From Thermoplasmata archaeon (GTDB lineage: Archaea > Thermoplasmatota > E2 > JACPAO01 > JAHFTW01): 64,000 bases of DNA. The position numbers were made by a program, and so were the translations under genes. The number at the start of each line of letters is the position of its first letter. Positions within the stretch are counted from its first letter, which is position 1. Of the stretch, positions 8,810 to 18,590 are shown piece after piece. A model generated the notes under the pieces. It ran no database searches and was not told the origin of the DNA. It saw only the letters and a list, made by a program, of their open reading frames with translations. Location of the stretch: assembly GCA_034667725.1 (NCBI GenBank), contig JAXDQS010000002.1, forward strand, positions 1 to 64,000. Direction: 5' to 3'.

Positions 8810-8824
8810 CGGGGCCTCCGTGAG

Positions 8825-9817
8825 CTATGCGAAGCAATAGACTTCGCGCAGGAACTCGGGGACGGCCCGGGTCGGGATCTTTGCGCCGGCGGAGTGGGGG
8901 TGCCCGCCGCCGACGATGCCGTGCTCCTGGGTGAAACCGGAGACGAAGGCGCCGAGGTTCATCGCCTCGCCGTCGGGCTCCAGGCCGGTGCGGCGCAGGC
9001 TGAGGCTCGAGAGGTTGTTGCGGCGGTTCAGCAGGACCGCGACGTGCGCGCCGGCCTCCTTGGCGACGTGCGACAGGGCGCGCGAGCCGAAGCCGAACAG
9101 GCTGGGCTTGCGGCGGCCGAACCGCAAAAGCGCGACGTTGTGCTTGAGCTCCATGCGCTCGCGGACGCGCTCCAGGGCGCGGTCCCAGCGGGCCTCGTTG
9201 ACCATCTGCAGGTAGCGGGAGCGGATTTCGGGCACCTCGCTGGGCCATCGGCCGGTGGCGAGGCGGCGGGCGGCCTGGGCGCGGAAGCGGTCGTCGTCGA
9301 CGCGGAAGCGCCACGCGAAGTCCAGCATCCGGGCCTCCTCCTCCATGCGGGCGGTCCCGACGGCGGCCTCGAAGTGGGCCAAGAGCGGGCTGGGGCAGTA
9401 TTCGATCAGGTCGGCAAGCGCGACGAGGTGGCGGTGGTCCTCGCCCAGGCCCAGGTGCTCGTAGGCGACTCCAGCGGCCGAAACACCTTGCTGCACGATG
9501 CCGTCCAGGTCGTCGTCCAAGGCGTCGAGCTGGAGCTCCGACTGCTCGTGGTGGTCGAGGTACGTCACGCGCTGGCGGGTCTTCGACTTGTCATTCAAGG
9601 TCTTGATGAGGCGCGGCGTGAGGCCGAGGTCCACCAGGAAGAACTCGTGGCTGCTGATGTCCTTGCGGAGCACGTCCACGGCCAGGTCGCCGCTTGCGAC
9701 GAACGAGACCTTCGTGGTGGGGTCCTTGGCGAGGAACAGGGCGGCAGACACGATGCCGTCCACGTTGCCGCGCGTCAGGAGGTGGGCTTTCCTGTCGTCC
9801 CGCTCGCGCAAGTCCAT
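8825..9817 (-). CDS. DHH/DHHA1 family phosphoesterase-like protein
   Basis: NVDG, VDLG, LDHH and GGGH..SAG motifs. Confidence 0.85.
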   Translation of the reverse strand: MDLRERDDRKAHLLTRGNVDGIVSAALFLAKDPTTKVSFVASGDLAVDVLRKDISSHEFFLVDLGLTPRLIKTLNDKSKTRQRVTYLDHHEQSELQLDALDDDLDGIVQQGVSAAGVAYEHLGLGEDHRHLVALADLIEYCPSPLLAHFEAAVGTARMEEEARMLDFAWRFRVDDDRFRAQAARRLATGRWPSEVPEIRSRYLQMVNEARWDRALERVRERMELKHNVALLRFGRRKPSLFGFGSRALSHVAKEAGAHVAVLLNRRNNLSSLSLRRTGLEPDGEAMNLGAFVSGFTQEHGIVGGGHPHSAGAKIPTRAVPEFLREVYCFA

Positions 9818-9866
9818 CGCGGTGCAGTCCTGCCCCGAAATCGACCGCGCCCTAGATGAACTTCGC

Positions 9867-10202
9867 CTATTGGTTCTTGGGGCGCAGCCTGGCCGCGGCC
9901 CGGCGCGACCGGCGACGGTCGCGCGCCGCCGCCACGCCGCAGCGGGGGCAGGCGCGGCCGCGCGGCGCGGGGCGGCCGCAGCGCGCGCACCACCGCTCGG
10001 CCGGGCCCGGCCGCTGGAACAGCGCCGGCAGGGCGGGCAGCGGCGGGAACCAGCGGCGCCACGGCAGCGTGCTTGCGCCGACCGCGACGGCGGCCGCGAG
10101 CAGCAGGCCGGCGGCGACGCGGGCCGGCTGGGCGTCCACCACCGAAGCGGCGACGGCGGCGGCCAGCAGGAGCACGGCGGCGGTCAGGCGAGGATGCGCC
10201 AT
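9867..10202 (-). CDS. Small membrane protein with C-terminal Zn ribbon
   Basis: 2 TM then CARC...CPRC; overlaps dph5 stop. Confidence 0.55.
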   Translation of the reverse strand: MAHPRLTAAVLLLAAAVAASVVDAQPARVAAGLLLAAAVAVGASTLPWRRWFPPLPALPALFQRPGPAERWCARCGRPAPRGRACPRCGVAAARDRRRSRRAAARLRPKNQ

Positions 10203-10948
10203 GCCTCCTCCTCGACCACCTGGAGGTCGCCCGGGATGACGATGCAGTGGAGCGGCGGGCCGAACTCCTCGCCGAGAAGGGCGGCGATGGGGCCGGTGCG
10301 GCGGACGCAGGCGCGGCTGCCGGCGCGGGCGACGACCCCGGCCTGGGTCGTCGGCGTGAACCAGGCGGCGCCGGTGCGCTGGGCAAGCTCCAACAGGAGG
10401 CGCAAGCCGTCGTTGGCCGTCATGAAGTAGTCCTCGTCGGCCTTGATGTCCAACAGCACCAAGGTGTGCAGGCCGCGGGCGTGGTTCTCGGCGACGGCGT
10501 CGAACGGCGACGTCGGGAACCAGTTGGGCTCGGGGCGGACCAGGGTCGTGGTGCGGCCGAACTTGTAGTGCTGCAGGCCGAGCAGGCCGGGCGCGGCGGA
10601 GTAGATGCTGGCGCCGTGGACGACGTGGACCGCAACACCGGCGGCGTGGGCGCGCACGACCAGGTCGGTGTGGGTGGTGGCCGTCAGCGGGTCGCCAGCG
10701 GTGAGGAGGACGACCTCGTTGGCGCGGGCCTGCTCGACCAGGTCCTTGCCGCCTTTCTCGACGCCAAGCCGGTCCAGCCGCTTGACGGGGCGGCCGAGGA
10801 ACCGCTCCAGTTCTGCGTGCGGCGTCCCGCCCAGGATGGCCGTGTAGAACTCGGCATAGACCGCGTCGGCGCCGCGCACCCGCTCCAGCCCCTTGACGCT
10901 GATGTCGGAGGCGTCGTGCAGCCCGAGTCCGACGAGGTGCAGGGCCAC
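10184..10948 (-). CDS. dph5: Diphthine synthase
   Basis: LHLVGLGL, AEFYT, GDPLTATTH, GLQHYKFGRTTT, GLHTLVLLDI, PPLHCIVIPG. Confidence 0.96.
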   Translation of the reverse strand: MALHLVGLGLHDASDISVKGLERVRGADAVYAEFYTAILGGTPHAELERFLGRPVKRLDRLGVEKGGKDLVEQARANEVVLLTAGDPLTATTHTDLVVRAHAAGVAVHVVHGASIYSAAPGLLGLQHYKFGRTTTLVRPEPNWFPTSPFDAVAENHARGLHTLVLLDIKADEDYFMTANDGLRLLLELAQRTGAAWFTPTTQAGVVARAGSRACVRRTGPIAALLGEEFGPPLHCIVIPGDLQVVEEEAWRILA

Positions 10949-11007
10949 GGGCGCGGGAAGGCGTCGGGCCTTCAAGGTTCTTGGAGGAGGGGCGCCCTGC
11001 CCGCCGC

Positions 11008-12000
11008 GTGAAGTCCGCCGCCGTCCGCGCCCCTCGCAGCGAGGCGGAGGCCACGCGGCGGCGCCTGCTGGACCTCGGGGTCCTGCGGATCGACCTGGAG
11101 GTGGCGCGCGACGGCGACGACGTGCTGTTCCCGGTGGCGGAGTCGTGCGGGCCGCGGCTGCCGACCGAGCCGTTCGAGTTCCGCGAGCGCCAGGTCCGGG
11201 TCGCGGACTACGCCGAGCTGCTGCCCGCAGACCTCCGTCCAATGGCCCCCCGCGCCTTCGACACCATCGGCGACGTCGTGGTCGTCAAGGTCCCGGCCGA
11301 CCTGGCCGCCCATGAGGCCGCCATCGGCGACGCGCTGCTGCGCTTCGTCGGCGCCCGCGCCGTGTTCGCCGACCTCGGCGTCAAGGACCCCTACCGCGTC
11401 CGGTCGCTGCGCCGCATCGCCGGCACGGGCGAGGCGCTCACCCAGGTCGCGGAGAACGGCCTCAAGCTCTGGGTGGACGCCAGCAAGGCCTACTTCAGTC
11501 CCCGGCTGGCCCACGAGCGCGCCCGGGTCGCCGCCCTGGTGCGGCCCGGCGAGCACGCGGTGGACCTGTTCGCCGGCGTCGGGCCGTGGGCCATCCAGGC
11601 CGCGCGCAAGGGGGCGGTGGTGGACGCCATCGACCTCAACCCGGACGCCGTGGCGCTCGCCCGCCGCAACGTCGCGGCCGCGGGGGTGTCCGACCAAGTG
11701 CGGCTCTGGGAGGGCGACGCGCGCGCCGTGGCGGCCGGCCTGGCCCCGGCCGACCGCATTCACATGAACCTCCCGCACGGCGCGCGGCAATTCCTCGACG
11801 TGGCGGCGCGGCTGGCGGCGCCCGGCTGCATGGTGCACCACCACGAGATCCTCCCGCCTGGCGACGTGCCGGCGCGTGCCGAACAACTGGTGGCGGAGTT
11901 CGCGCGCCTCGGCCGCGCCGCCACGGTGGCCGCAACACGGACAGTGCGCAACTACTCGCCGCAGGAGGCCCACGTGGCCTTCGACGTGCGGCTGGCCTAG
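11008..12000 (+). CDS. trm5: tRNA m1G37 methyltransferase Trm5/Tyw2 family
   Basis: FDTIGD, ENG, YFSPRLAHER, DLFAGVGP, DLNP, MNLP. Confidence 0.88.
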   Translation: MKSAAVRAPRSEAEATRRRLLDLGVLRIDLEVARDGDDVLFPVAESCGPRLPTEPFEFRERQVRVADYAELLPADLRPMAPRAFDTIGDVVVVKVPADLAAHEAAIGDALLRFVGARAVFADLGVKDPYRVRSLRRIAGTGEALTQVAENGLKLWVDASKAYFSPRLAHERARVAALVRPGEHAVDLFAGVGPWAIQAARKGAVVDAIDLNPDAVALARRNVAAAGVSDQVRLWEGDARAVAAGLAPADRIHMNLPHGARQFLDVAARLAAPGCMVHHHEILPPGDVPARAEQLVAEFARLGRAATVAATRTVRNYSPQEAHVAFDVRLA

Positions 12001-12015
12001 CGGGCGCGGGCGCGG

Positions 12016-12654
12016 CTACTGGACGGCGCGCAGCTCGCGGTACACGATCGGCCGGGCCTGCTTCAGGCCGATGCCGGCCTTGTCCACGACCCACTTGACG
12101 TAGTGCGAGGCTTCCTTGACCTGGCCGGAGTCGCGGTCCTTGACCAGCTTCTCCCGCAGGGCGACGGTGGCCGGGTGGGGCGCGCGGCCGCGCTTGCCGC
12201 CGGCGTCCGCGCCGCCCTTGCGGCGGCGGGCGCGCGGGGCGCCGCCGACGGCGCGCAGCTCGCGGTACACGGTCTGCGCCAGCGTGGTGCGCTTGGACTT
12301 GGGCTCCTTGCCGACGAGCCATTCGAGGTAATGGGAGGCGGGGTGGAGCTTGTGGCTGGCGGCGTCCTTGGCCAGCACTTCGCGCAGCTCGAGGGTGCTG
12401 GGGCGGGGCGGCCGGCCAGCCTTGCCGGTGCCGGCGCCTTCGCGGCGGGCGCGGCCGGCGACCCGGGGGCGGACGGGCACGATGGAGACGCCCTTGCCAT
12501 AGGGGCCCGCCTGGACGAGGACGCTGGTGCCGTCTTTCAGAACCAGTTCGAGTACCCCTTGCAGTTCCATGCGTTGCGTCGGCTTCGCCACGGTGTCCGA
12601 CAAACCCAGGATGACTAAAACCTGCCTCATTGATTCCGCCGGTTTCTTACCCAT
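12016..12654 (-). CDS. Basic hypothetical protein with two internal ~55-aa repeats
   Basis: GR.P.P.T..LRE.L.KD.......ASHY..W.V...........VYRELRAV occurs twice. Confidence 0.8.
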   Translation of the reverse strand: MGKKPAESMRQVLVILGLSDTVAKPTQRMELQGVLELVLKDGTSVLVQAGPYGKGVSIVPVRPRVAGRARREGAGTGKAGRPPRPSTLELREVLAKDAASHKLHPASHYLEWLVGKEPKSKRTTLAQTVYRELRAVGGAPRARRRKGGADAGGKRGRAPHPATVALREKLVKDRDSGQVKEASHYVKWVVDKAGIGLKQARPIVYRELRAVQ

Positions 12655-12685
12655 TTCGGCAGATGTGCCGCGCTTGCTGTTGCTC

Positions 12686-15586
12686 TTAGGCTCGCCAGTA
12701 AGCGTTCGTGCGCGCGAACGTCAGCTCGGCTTGCAGGATTTCGCGCCAGAACGCAGGGTTGGCGGGGTCGGCGACCTTCTGGAGGATGCGGACGGCGGTG
12801 TCGGGGCCGACGCCGCGGGCGACCAAGGCGCGGCACGCGACGGGGCCGAACGAGGCCACGAGGGCGCCGTTGCGCTGCATCCGCGCGCGCTCGGCGGCCT
12901 GGCCGGGGTCGAGCGCGGCCTTGGAGCGCAGCAGGGGGACCTGGTCGAGGTGCCACGGGCGCAGGCAGGCGACCTGGTTGCTGCCGCAGCGTCGGCACCG
13001 GATGGCCTTCGGCAGCAGGTGGACCGCCGACTGCCAGGAGGTGGCGCAGGCGCAGCACGCCAGCAGGGCGTCGGACTCCTCGATGCGCTTGCGGACGGCG
13101 GCCAAGAGGGCGTCGTCGCTGCGGGCGGGCAGCATGAGCCGCATCGACTCTTCGCGGCCGAGGTGGGTGAGCGGGCCGGTGCCTTGGACGACGACGGTGG
13201 TGCGGCCGGCGGCGAGGTCGCCGAGGAGCTTGGCGACGGCGGCGACGTCCATGCGGTCGTGGATGAGCCGGGACAAGGTCTCCTCCTGCAACGCCAGGTG
13301 GCCGAGCAGCGCGTCGAGCTTGCCGCGCGTCGTGGTGTTCGGGTCCAGTTCCTTGGGCAGCGCGCCGAAGTGCTTGGCGACGTGGACGAGGTGGTGGCGC
13401 AGCACCGGTGACTCGCGCAGGACGATCGAGAGCAGGATGTCGAGGCCGCGCGGCTCCAGGCTGGCCCACACCTCCTGCACGACGGTGGCGGGGACCGTGG
13501 CGGGGAGGGCGAGGTGGATGCGGTAGGCGTCCGACTCCATGCCGACGTGGCCGCCCAGCTTCTGGGCCAGGAGCGCCTGGGTGATGCGGCCCAGCGCCTC
13601 GTTGCCGCGCGTCCCGAGGCTCACCCCGACCACGGCGACCCGCTGCGCGACCTCGATGGTGACGACGCGGTCGCTCGGCACCGCGAGCCCCTTCGCCTTG
13701 TGCGCCAGGATGGGGCGCGCCGCCTCCTCCAGCGCGACCTCGCCCAGCAAGCCGGCCAAGGCGCCGACCTCGCCGTCGGCGACCTGGCGGCGCAGCACGG
13801 CGACCTCCTGCGCGACCTCGAAGCTGACGGGCAGCTGGGCGCCGCTCCACTGCGGCACGGGCCCAAGCTCGGGCACGGGCGCCACCCGGACCCGGTGCGC
13901 CTCCGGCTCGACCTCCAGCACGCGCCAGCTGCGGCCGGCCATCACCACGAGCGCGCCGGGCGCCATGGCGGCGGCGACGAAGGCGTCGTCCACGGTGCCG
14001 ATGGCGCGCTTGGTGGCTTCGTCCACGACGCGGTAGGTGGTCTCGTCCGGGATGAGGCTGATGTGGTCGAGGAAGTGCCTGCGGGCGCGGCCCCCGCGGG
14101 CGATGCGGTCAGCTTTCTTCTCCTCCAGAAACAGTGTCTTGACCTCCAGCAGGCAGGACCAGACGGCGTCGAACAGCGCGTCGTCGAGGTCCCGGAACGG
14201 GGCGGCGCGGGCCACGACGGCGCGGGCCCACTCCTTGCGGAGGCCTTGGTACTCGTTGGCGAGCGCCACCAGTTGGTTCGCGAGGACGACCAAGGGCAGC
14301 TCGCGGATCGCCAGCGGCTCCAGCCGGCCGGCCTTGGCGCGCAGGGCGACCGCGGCGCACTCCAGGATGTCCTCCGGCCCCGTGGCCAGCAGCGTGCCGC
14401 TTGCGACGCCGGTCACGGTGTGGCCGCTGCGCCCGAGCCGCTGCACCAGCCGGGCAACACTGCGCGGGCTCTGCACCTGCACGACGTGGTCGATGGCGCC
14501 GACGTCGATGCCCAGCTCCAGGCTGGAGGTGGCGACCAGGGCCTTGACCTCGCCGCGCTTGAAGGCGTCCTCGACGTCCATGCGGTGCTCGGCGGACAGC
14601 GAGCCGTGGTGCAGCGCCAGCCGCGCTGGCGGGCCGTCGCCTTCCGCGTCCAGGATGGCGCTGCGGCTCACCAGCAGCTCGGCGCCGTCGCGGGTGTTCT
14701 GGAACACCAGCACCCGCTCGTGCGCGGCGACGAGGGCGCGGACGGCGCGCACCTGGGCCACGATGGGCGGCGTCAGGCTGAGGCGGGTCGCCGTCACGTC
14801 GTCGTCCTTGGCAGGCTTGGGCGTCTGCACGGAGAGGCGCAGCTCCTTGCGGGCCGCGACCTGCACGGTGCGGACGGCGCGGCCGGGGCCGCCGAGGAAC
14901 GCCGCGACCTGGCCGGGGTCCGCGATGGTGGCGGACAGGCCGATGCGCTGGAACTGGCCGTCCGGGCGGGCCGACGGCGCGGCGGGGCACGGCCGCTCCG
15001 GCGCCTTCGCCTCCCGCAGCGCCGCGGGCTGGGCGATGGCCTCCTCGATGCGCTCCAGCGCGACGGCGAGCTGCGCGCCGCGCTCGCTGGCGGCGAGGTC
15101 GTGGATTTCGTCCAGCACGACGAAGCGCACGGTGCCGAGGTGGCGGCGCAGCGTGTCGCCGTACAGCAGGAGCTGGACCGTCTCCGGCGTCGTGAGCAGC
15201 AGGTCCGGCGGGTCGCGCGCCTGCCGGCTGCGCTCCGCCGTCGTGGTGTCGCCGTGCCTCACGCCGAGGCGGAGGCCAAGCTCCGCGCACCAGCCGACGA
15301 GGCGGCCGTGCAGGTCGCGGTTGAGCGCCCGCAGCGGCGTCACGTAGAGCGCCTTGAAGCCGCGCGGCCACGGCTTGCCCTTCTTCTCGAGGGCGTCGCG
15401 CTCCGCGAGCAGGCGGCTCAGGACGGGCAGCAGGGCGGCCTCGGTCTTGCCGTGGCCGGTGGGCGCCACCAAGAGGACGTGCTCGCCCTTGCCGAGGGGG
15501 CCTTGGGCTGCCTGCTGGGCCTCGGTGAGGCCGGTCCAGCCCTGCGCGCGCAGCAGGCTGGCAAGGCGCGGGTGCAACCCTTCCAT
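12686..15586 (-). CDS. lhr: Lhr-family SF2 helicase with C-terminal Cys-rich motif
   Basis: APTGHGKT, PLRALNRD, DEIH, SAT, HHGS, ELGID, QRLGRSGH; CCAC/CRRC. Confidence 0.93.
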   Translation of the reverse strand: MEGLHPRLASLLRAQGWTGLTEAQQAAQGPLGKGEHVLLVAPTGHGKTEAALLPVLSRLLAERDALEKKGKPWPRGFKALYVTPLRALNRDLHGRLVGWCAELGLRLGVRHGDTTTAERSRQARDPPDLLLTTPETVQLLLYGDTLRRHLGTVRFVVLDEIHDLAASERGAQLAVALERIEEAIAQPAALREAKAPERPCPAAPSARPDGQFQRIGLSATIADPGQVAAFLGGPGRAVRTVQVAARKELRLSVQTPKPAKDDDVTATRLSLTPPIVAQVRAVRALVAAHERVLVFQNTRDGAELLVSRSAILDAEGDGPPARLALHHGSLSAEHRMDVEDAFKRGEVKALVATSSLELGIDVGAIDHVVQVQSPRSVARLVQRLGRSGHTVTGVASGTLLATGPEDILECAAVALRAKAGRLEPLAIRELPLVVLANQLVALANEYQGLRKEWARAVVARAAPFRDLDDALFDAVWSCLLEVKTLFLEEKKADRIARGGRARRHFLDHISLIPDETTYRVVDEATKRAIGTVDDAFVAAAMAPGALVVMAGRSWRVLEVEPEAHRVRVAPVPELGPVPQWSGAQLPVSFEVAQEVAVLRRQVADGEVGALAGLLGEVALEEAARPILAHKAKGLAVPSDRVVTIEVAQRVAVVGVSLGTRGNEALGRITQALLAQKLGGHVGMESDAYRIHLALPATVPATVVQEVWASLEPRGLDILLSIVLRESPVLRHHLVHVAKHFGALPKELDPNTTTRGKLDALLGHLALQEETLSRLIHDRMDVAAVAKLLGDLAAGRTTVVVQGTGPLTHLGREESMRLMLPARSDDALLAAVRKRIEESDALLACCACATSWQSAVHLLPKAIRCRRCGSNQVACLRPWHLDQVPLLRSKAALDPGQAAERARMQRNGALVASFGPVACRALVARGVGPDTAVRILQKVADPANPAFWREILQAELTFARTNAYWRA

Positions 15587-17070
15587 CAGGCTCCGCCGAC
15601 GCCCTTGAGCACGAGGTCGAGGTAGCTCAGGAGCAGGCCGCCGCCCAGCACGATGCCGGCCAGCAGGGCGAACGGCCCGGCGAGGCCCATGAAGGTGCCT
15701 TGCTTGGCGAGGCGGAGGCCGTTGGCGGCCAGGATGCGGATGGGCAGCACGACGGCGAGCACCACGAGAAGCAGGGTCCCGAACTCGACCAGCATCACGG
15801 GCAGGAGGGTCTCGCCGCTAGCGCCGTCGAGGACGCTGACGCCGAAGACGTCGTTGAAGCGGCGGTCCCAGAGCCAGGACAGGAGCATCCCCAGGACGCC
15901 GCCGGCGACCCAGCCGACCCAGCGCAGCTTGTCCCACTTCGGGTGCCGCTTCGGGCTCTTGCGGACCAGGCGGGTGACGAACGCCGCGATGGCCAGCACC
16001 CAGAGGAGCCAGCTCCACCACGGCATCTGGGCGTAGCCGAAGCCGACCATCTCGTCGGCGCTCTGGACGCGGCCGCCTTGGATCGCGAGCGGGGCCTCGC
16101 CGGTCATGCGCAGGCTGCCGTCGTCGGCGCGGCCGGCCAGCGACTCGAACCGGACCAGCTCCATCTCCTGGAGGACTTCGCCGGGCTCGGCCGCCTGGGT
16201 CGGCATGTCCACGAAGGCGCCGTTGAGGACGCGGCTCGCCACCGGGTTCAGCACGCCCAGGTCGATCTCGACCGGCTCGGCGTCCTCGCCCATGAGCGCG
16301 CTTTGCATCCGCTCGATGCTGGCCCCCAAGGCCGCGATGTCGAGGCCGCGGGCGGCGGCGTCCGCGTCGGCGCGCGCCATGGTGAGCCCGCCCGACTGGA
16401 ACGGCAGCAGCAGGCCGTCCGCCGCGATGGGGCCGATGGCCGGCTTGCCTTGGAACGCGAGGGAACCTTTGCCGCTGAGGGTCTGGTAGACCTGCGTGCC
16501 TTGGTAGATGGTGACGGTGGTCGTGTCGCTGAGGCTTGCGAGGCCGGCGGCGGTGGAGGAGTCGGCGGCCGTGGTGAGGAGGGTCTCCTCGATGGCGGGG
16601 ATGGGGCCGAAGGAGAAGGCGCCCTCGACGGTGAGCGCCACCAGGCTGGGGCCGAGGCGGTAGTCGGAGAGGTCGGACAGCTCGCCGCGCTCGACCGTGG
16701 ACAGGTCGGCGGTGAAGGCGATGGCGTGCGCCGCGGCGGCCTGGCCGGAGGTCGGGTCGGGGAAGTGCAGGCCGACGGAGCCGCCGGGGGCGACGACGAT
16801 CTTGTAGGCGCCGTTGGTGGCCGAGCAGACGACCTGCTCGCCGCACACGCGGGTGACGCCCGTGATGGTCAGCTCGTCGCGCAGCTCCAGGAAGCCGTAG
16901 GCGCCGGTCTCGGCCGTCACGGCGGCGGCCATCGAGCCGGAGAGGAACGACAGCGTCTCCTCCGGCGGGAACGGCGCGAACGCGGCCTCGGCCGCGAAGC
17001 CGGCGGCGGCCGCCGAGGGGGCAAGGAAGATGCCCAAGGCCAGCATGACGAGGGCCGGGGTGGCCTGCAC
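15586..17070 (-). CDS. Secreted/membrane hypothetical protein
   Basis: Signal peptide, beta-rich ectodomain, 4 C-terminal TM. Confidence 0.75.
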   Translation of the reverse strand: MQATPALVMLALGIFLAPSAAAAGFAAEAAFAPFPPEETLSFLSGSMAAAVTAETGAYGFLELRDELTITGVTRVCGEQVVCSATNGAYKIVVAPGGSVGLHFPDPTSGQAAAAHAIAFTADLSTVERGELSDLSDYRLGPSLVALTVEGAFSFGPIPAIEETLLTTAADSSTAAGLASLSDTTTVTIYQGTQVYQTLSGKGSLAFQGKPAIGPIAADGLLLPFQSGGLTMARADADAAARGLDIAALGASIERMQSALMGEDAEPVEIDLGVLNPVASRVLNGAFVDMPTQAAEPGEVLQEMELVRFESLAGRADDGSLRMTGEAPLAIQGGRVQSADEMVGFGYAQMPWWSWLLWVLAIAAFVTRLVRKSPKRHPKWDKLRWVGWVAGGVLGMLLSWLWDRRFNDVFGVSVLDGASGETLLPVMLVEFGTLLLVVLAVVLPIRILAANGLRLAKQGTFMGLAGPFALLAGIVLGGGLLLSYLDLVLKGVGGA

Positions 17071-17115
17071 GCCGATGCCACTGCCGGGGTCCCTTATGGC
17101 TTCAATCCTCCGGGC

Positions 17116-18486
17116 CTAGGAGCGCGGCATCAGGGCCTCGACGCCGTCGCGCTCGACCGGGAGCCGTTTGGTGAGGTTGCGGTGGCCCGTCGCGGTCACG
17201 ACCACGTCGTCCTCGATGCGGATGCCGATGCCTGCCGTCCCCTTCGGGCAGGGCGCGAAGTCCGGGTTGAAGTAGAGGCCGGGCTCGACGGTGAGGACCA
17301 TGCCTTCGCGCAGGACGCGGCTGGAGCCGTCGGGTTCCCGCAGGGCGCCGGCGTCGTGGACGTCGAGGCCGAGGAAGTGGCTGGTGCCGTGCATGAAGTA
17401 GCGGCGGTAGGTCTGCTCCCGCAGCACGGTGTCGATGTCGCCGTCCAGGTAGCCTAGGCCGAGGAGCCCCTCCGCCAGCACGCGCACGGCGGCGTCGTGG
17501 GGGTCGCGGAACCGGTTGCCCGGCTTGACCTTCCGCAGGGCGGCGCGGTGGGCCGCAAGCACCAGGTCGTAGAGCGTCCCCTCCAGCTTGCCGAAACGGC
17601 CGCCGACGGGGTAGGTGCGTGTGATGTCCGAGGTGTAGTAGCCCCACTCGCAGCCGGCGTCCACCAGGAGCAGCTTGCCCTCGGCCAACGGGTCCAGGTT
17701 GCGGATGTAGTGCAGCACCGCCGCGTTCGGGCCGCACCCGCAGATCGCCGGATAGCCCGGCCCCGTCGAGCCTGCGTGCCGGTACACGTGCAGCAGGTCG
17801 GCCTCGGTCTGGTACTCCTGCATCCCCGGGCGGATGCCTTCGGCCGCCAAGAGGTGCGCGTCCACGCCGAGGTCGCACGCCTTCCGGAGCATCCGCAGCT
17901 CGGCGGCGTCCTTGATGGAGCGCATCGCGTGCACCAAGGTCCGCGCGTGCACGGGGCCCCGGCGGACGGCGGGCTTCGGGCCCGGCCCGCCCGCCCGCAC
18001 GTCCTTCGGCGCGGGCCGCAGGCGGCGGCCCGCGGCCGTGGCGATGCGGCGGCGGACGGCCGGGTCGTGGTCGGCCAAGGCGTGGACGCCTTTGGCGCCG
18101 CGCAGCGCCTCGGGGAGGCGGCGGCCGATCTCGTCGAGCGCGAAGGCGCGGTCCACCAGCAGGGCGTCGGGGGCGGCCTGGGCGCCGAGGCGGCGGCCGG
18201 TCCAGATTTCGGCCTCAGGGAGGCGCTCGCGCAGGAACAGGGTGGAGCGGCCGGTGCCGCCTTCGAGCGCCAGGACGGCGCCGGGCTCGGCGAAGCCGGT
18301 GAGGTACCAGAAGTCGCTGTGGGGGCGGAAGATGTGGTCGACGTCGTTGCTGAACTGCTTGACGGGGTGGGTGGCGACGACGGCGACCTGGCCGGCGCCC
18401 AGGGAGCGGGCGAGGGCCTTGCGGCGGGCCGCGAACAGCTCGACCGGCAGTTGGGGTGGGGGTCCGACCCGCAGGCCACGGCGCAC
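17116..18486 (-). CDS. pepP: Xaa-Pro aminopeptidase (M24B)
   Basis: FWYLTGF, LHY, DAG...SDITRT, HGTSHFLGLDVHD, TVEPG, GIRIEDD. Confidence 0.95.
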   Translation of the reverse strand: MRRGLRVGPPPQLPVELFAARRKALARSLGAGQVAVVATHPVKQFSNDVDHIFRPHSDFWYLTGFAEPGAVLALEGGTGRSTLFLRERLPEAEIWTGRRLGAQAAPDALLVDRAFALDEIGRRLPEALRGAKGVHALADHDPAVRRRIATAAGRRLRPAPKDVRAGGPGPKPAVRRGPVHARTLVHAMRSIKDAAELRMLRKACDLGVDAHLLAAEGIRPGMQEYQTEADLLHVYRHAGSTGPGYPAICGCGPNAAVLHYIRNLDPLAEGKLLLVDAGCEWGYYTSDITRTYPVGGRFGKLEGTLYDLVLAAHRAALRKVKPGNRFRDPHDAAVRVLAEGLLGLGYLDGDIDTVLREQTYRRYFMHGTSHFLGLDVHDAGALREPDGSSRVLREGMVLTVEPGLYFNPDFAPCPKGTAGIGIRIEDDVVVTATGHRNLTKRLPVERDGVEALMPRS

Positions 18487-18590
18487 GCCGGCCCCAAGGC
18501 CCCGGCCTTCAAGGTGTTGGCGGCCTTCTTGAGGAGATGCAAAGGACCGTGCTACTATCCTTTAGTAGGGGGAGCGGGTCGAACAGACTG

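Noticed and set aside
13514-15625. Long antisense or alternate-frame ORFs (also 27265-28455, 40929-42923, 52423-53877, 55648-58314, 55761-58892)
   Set aside because: Shadow ORFs typical of high-GC DNA, overlapping well-supported genes
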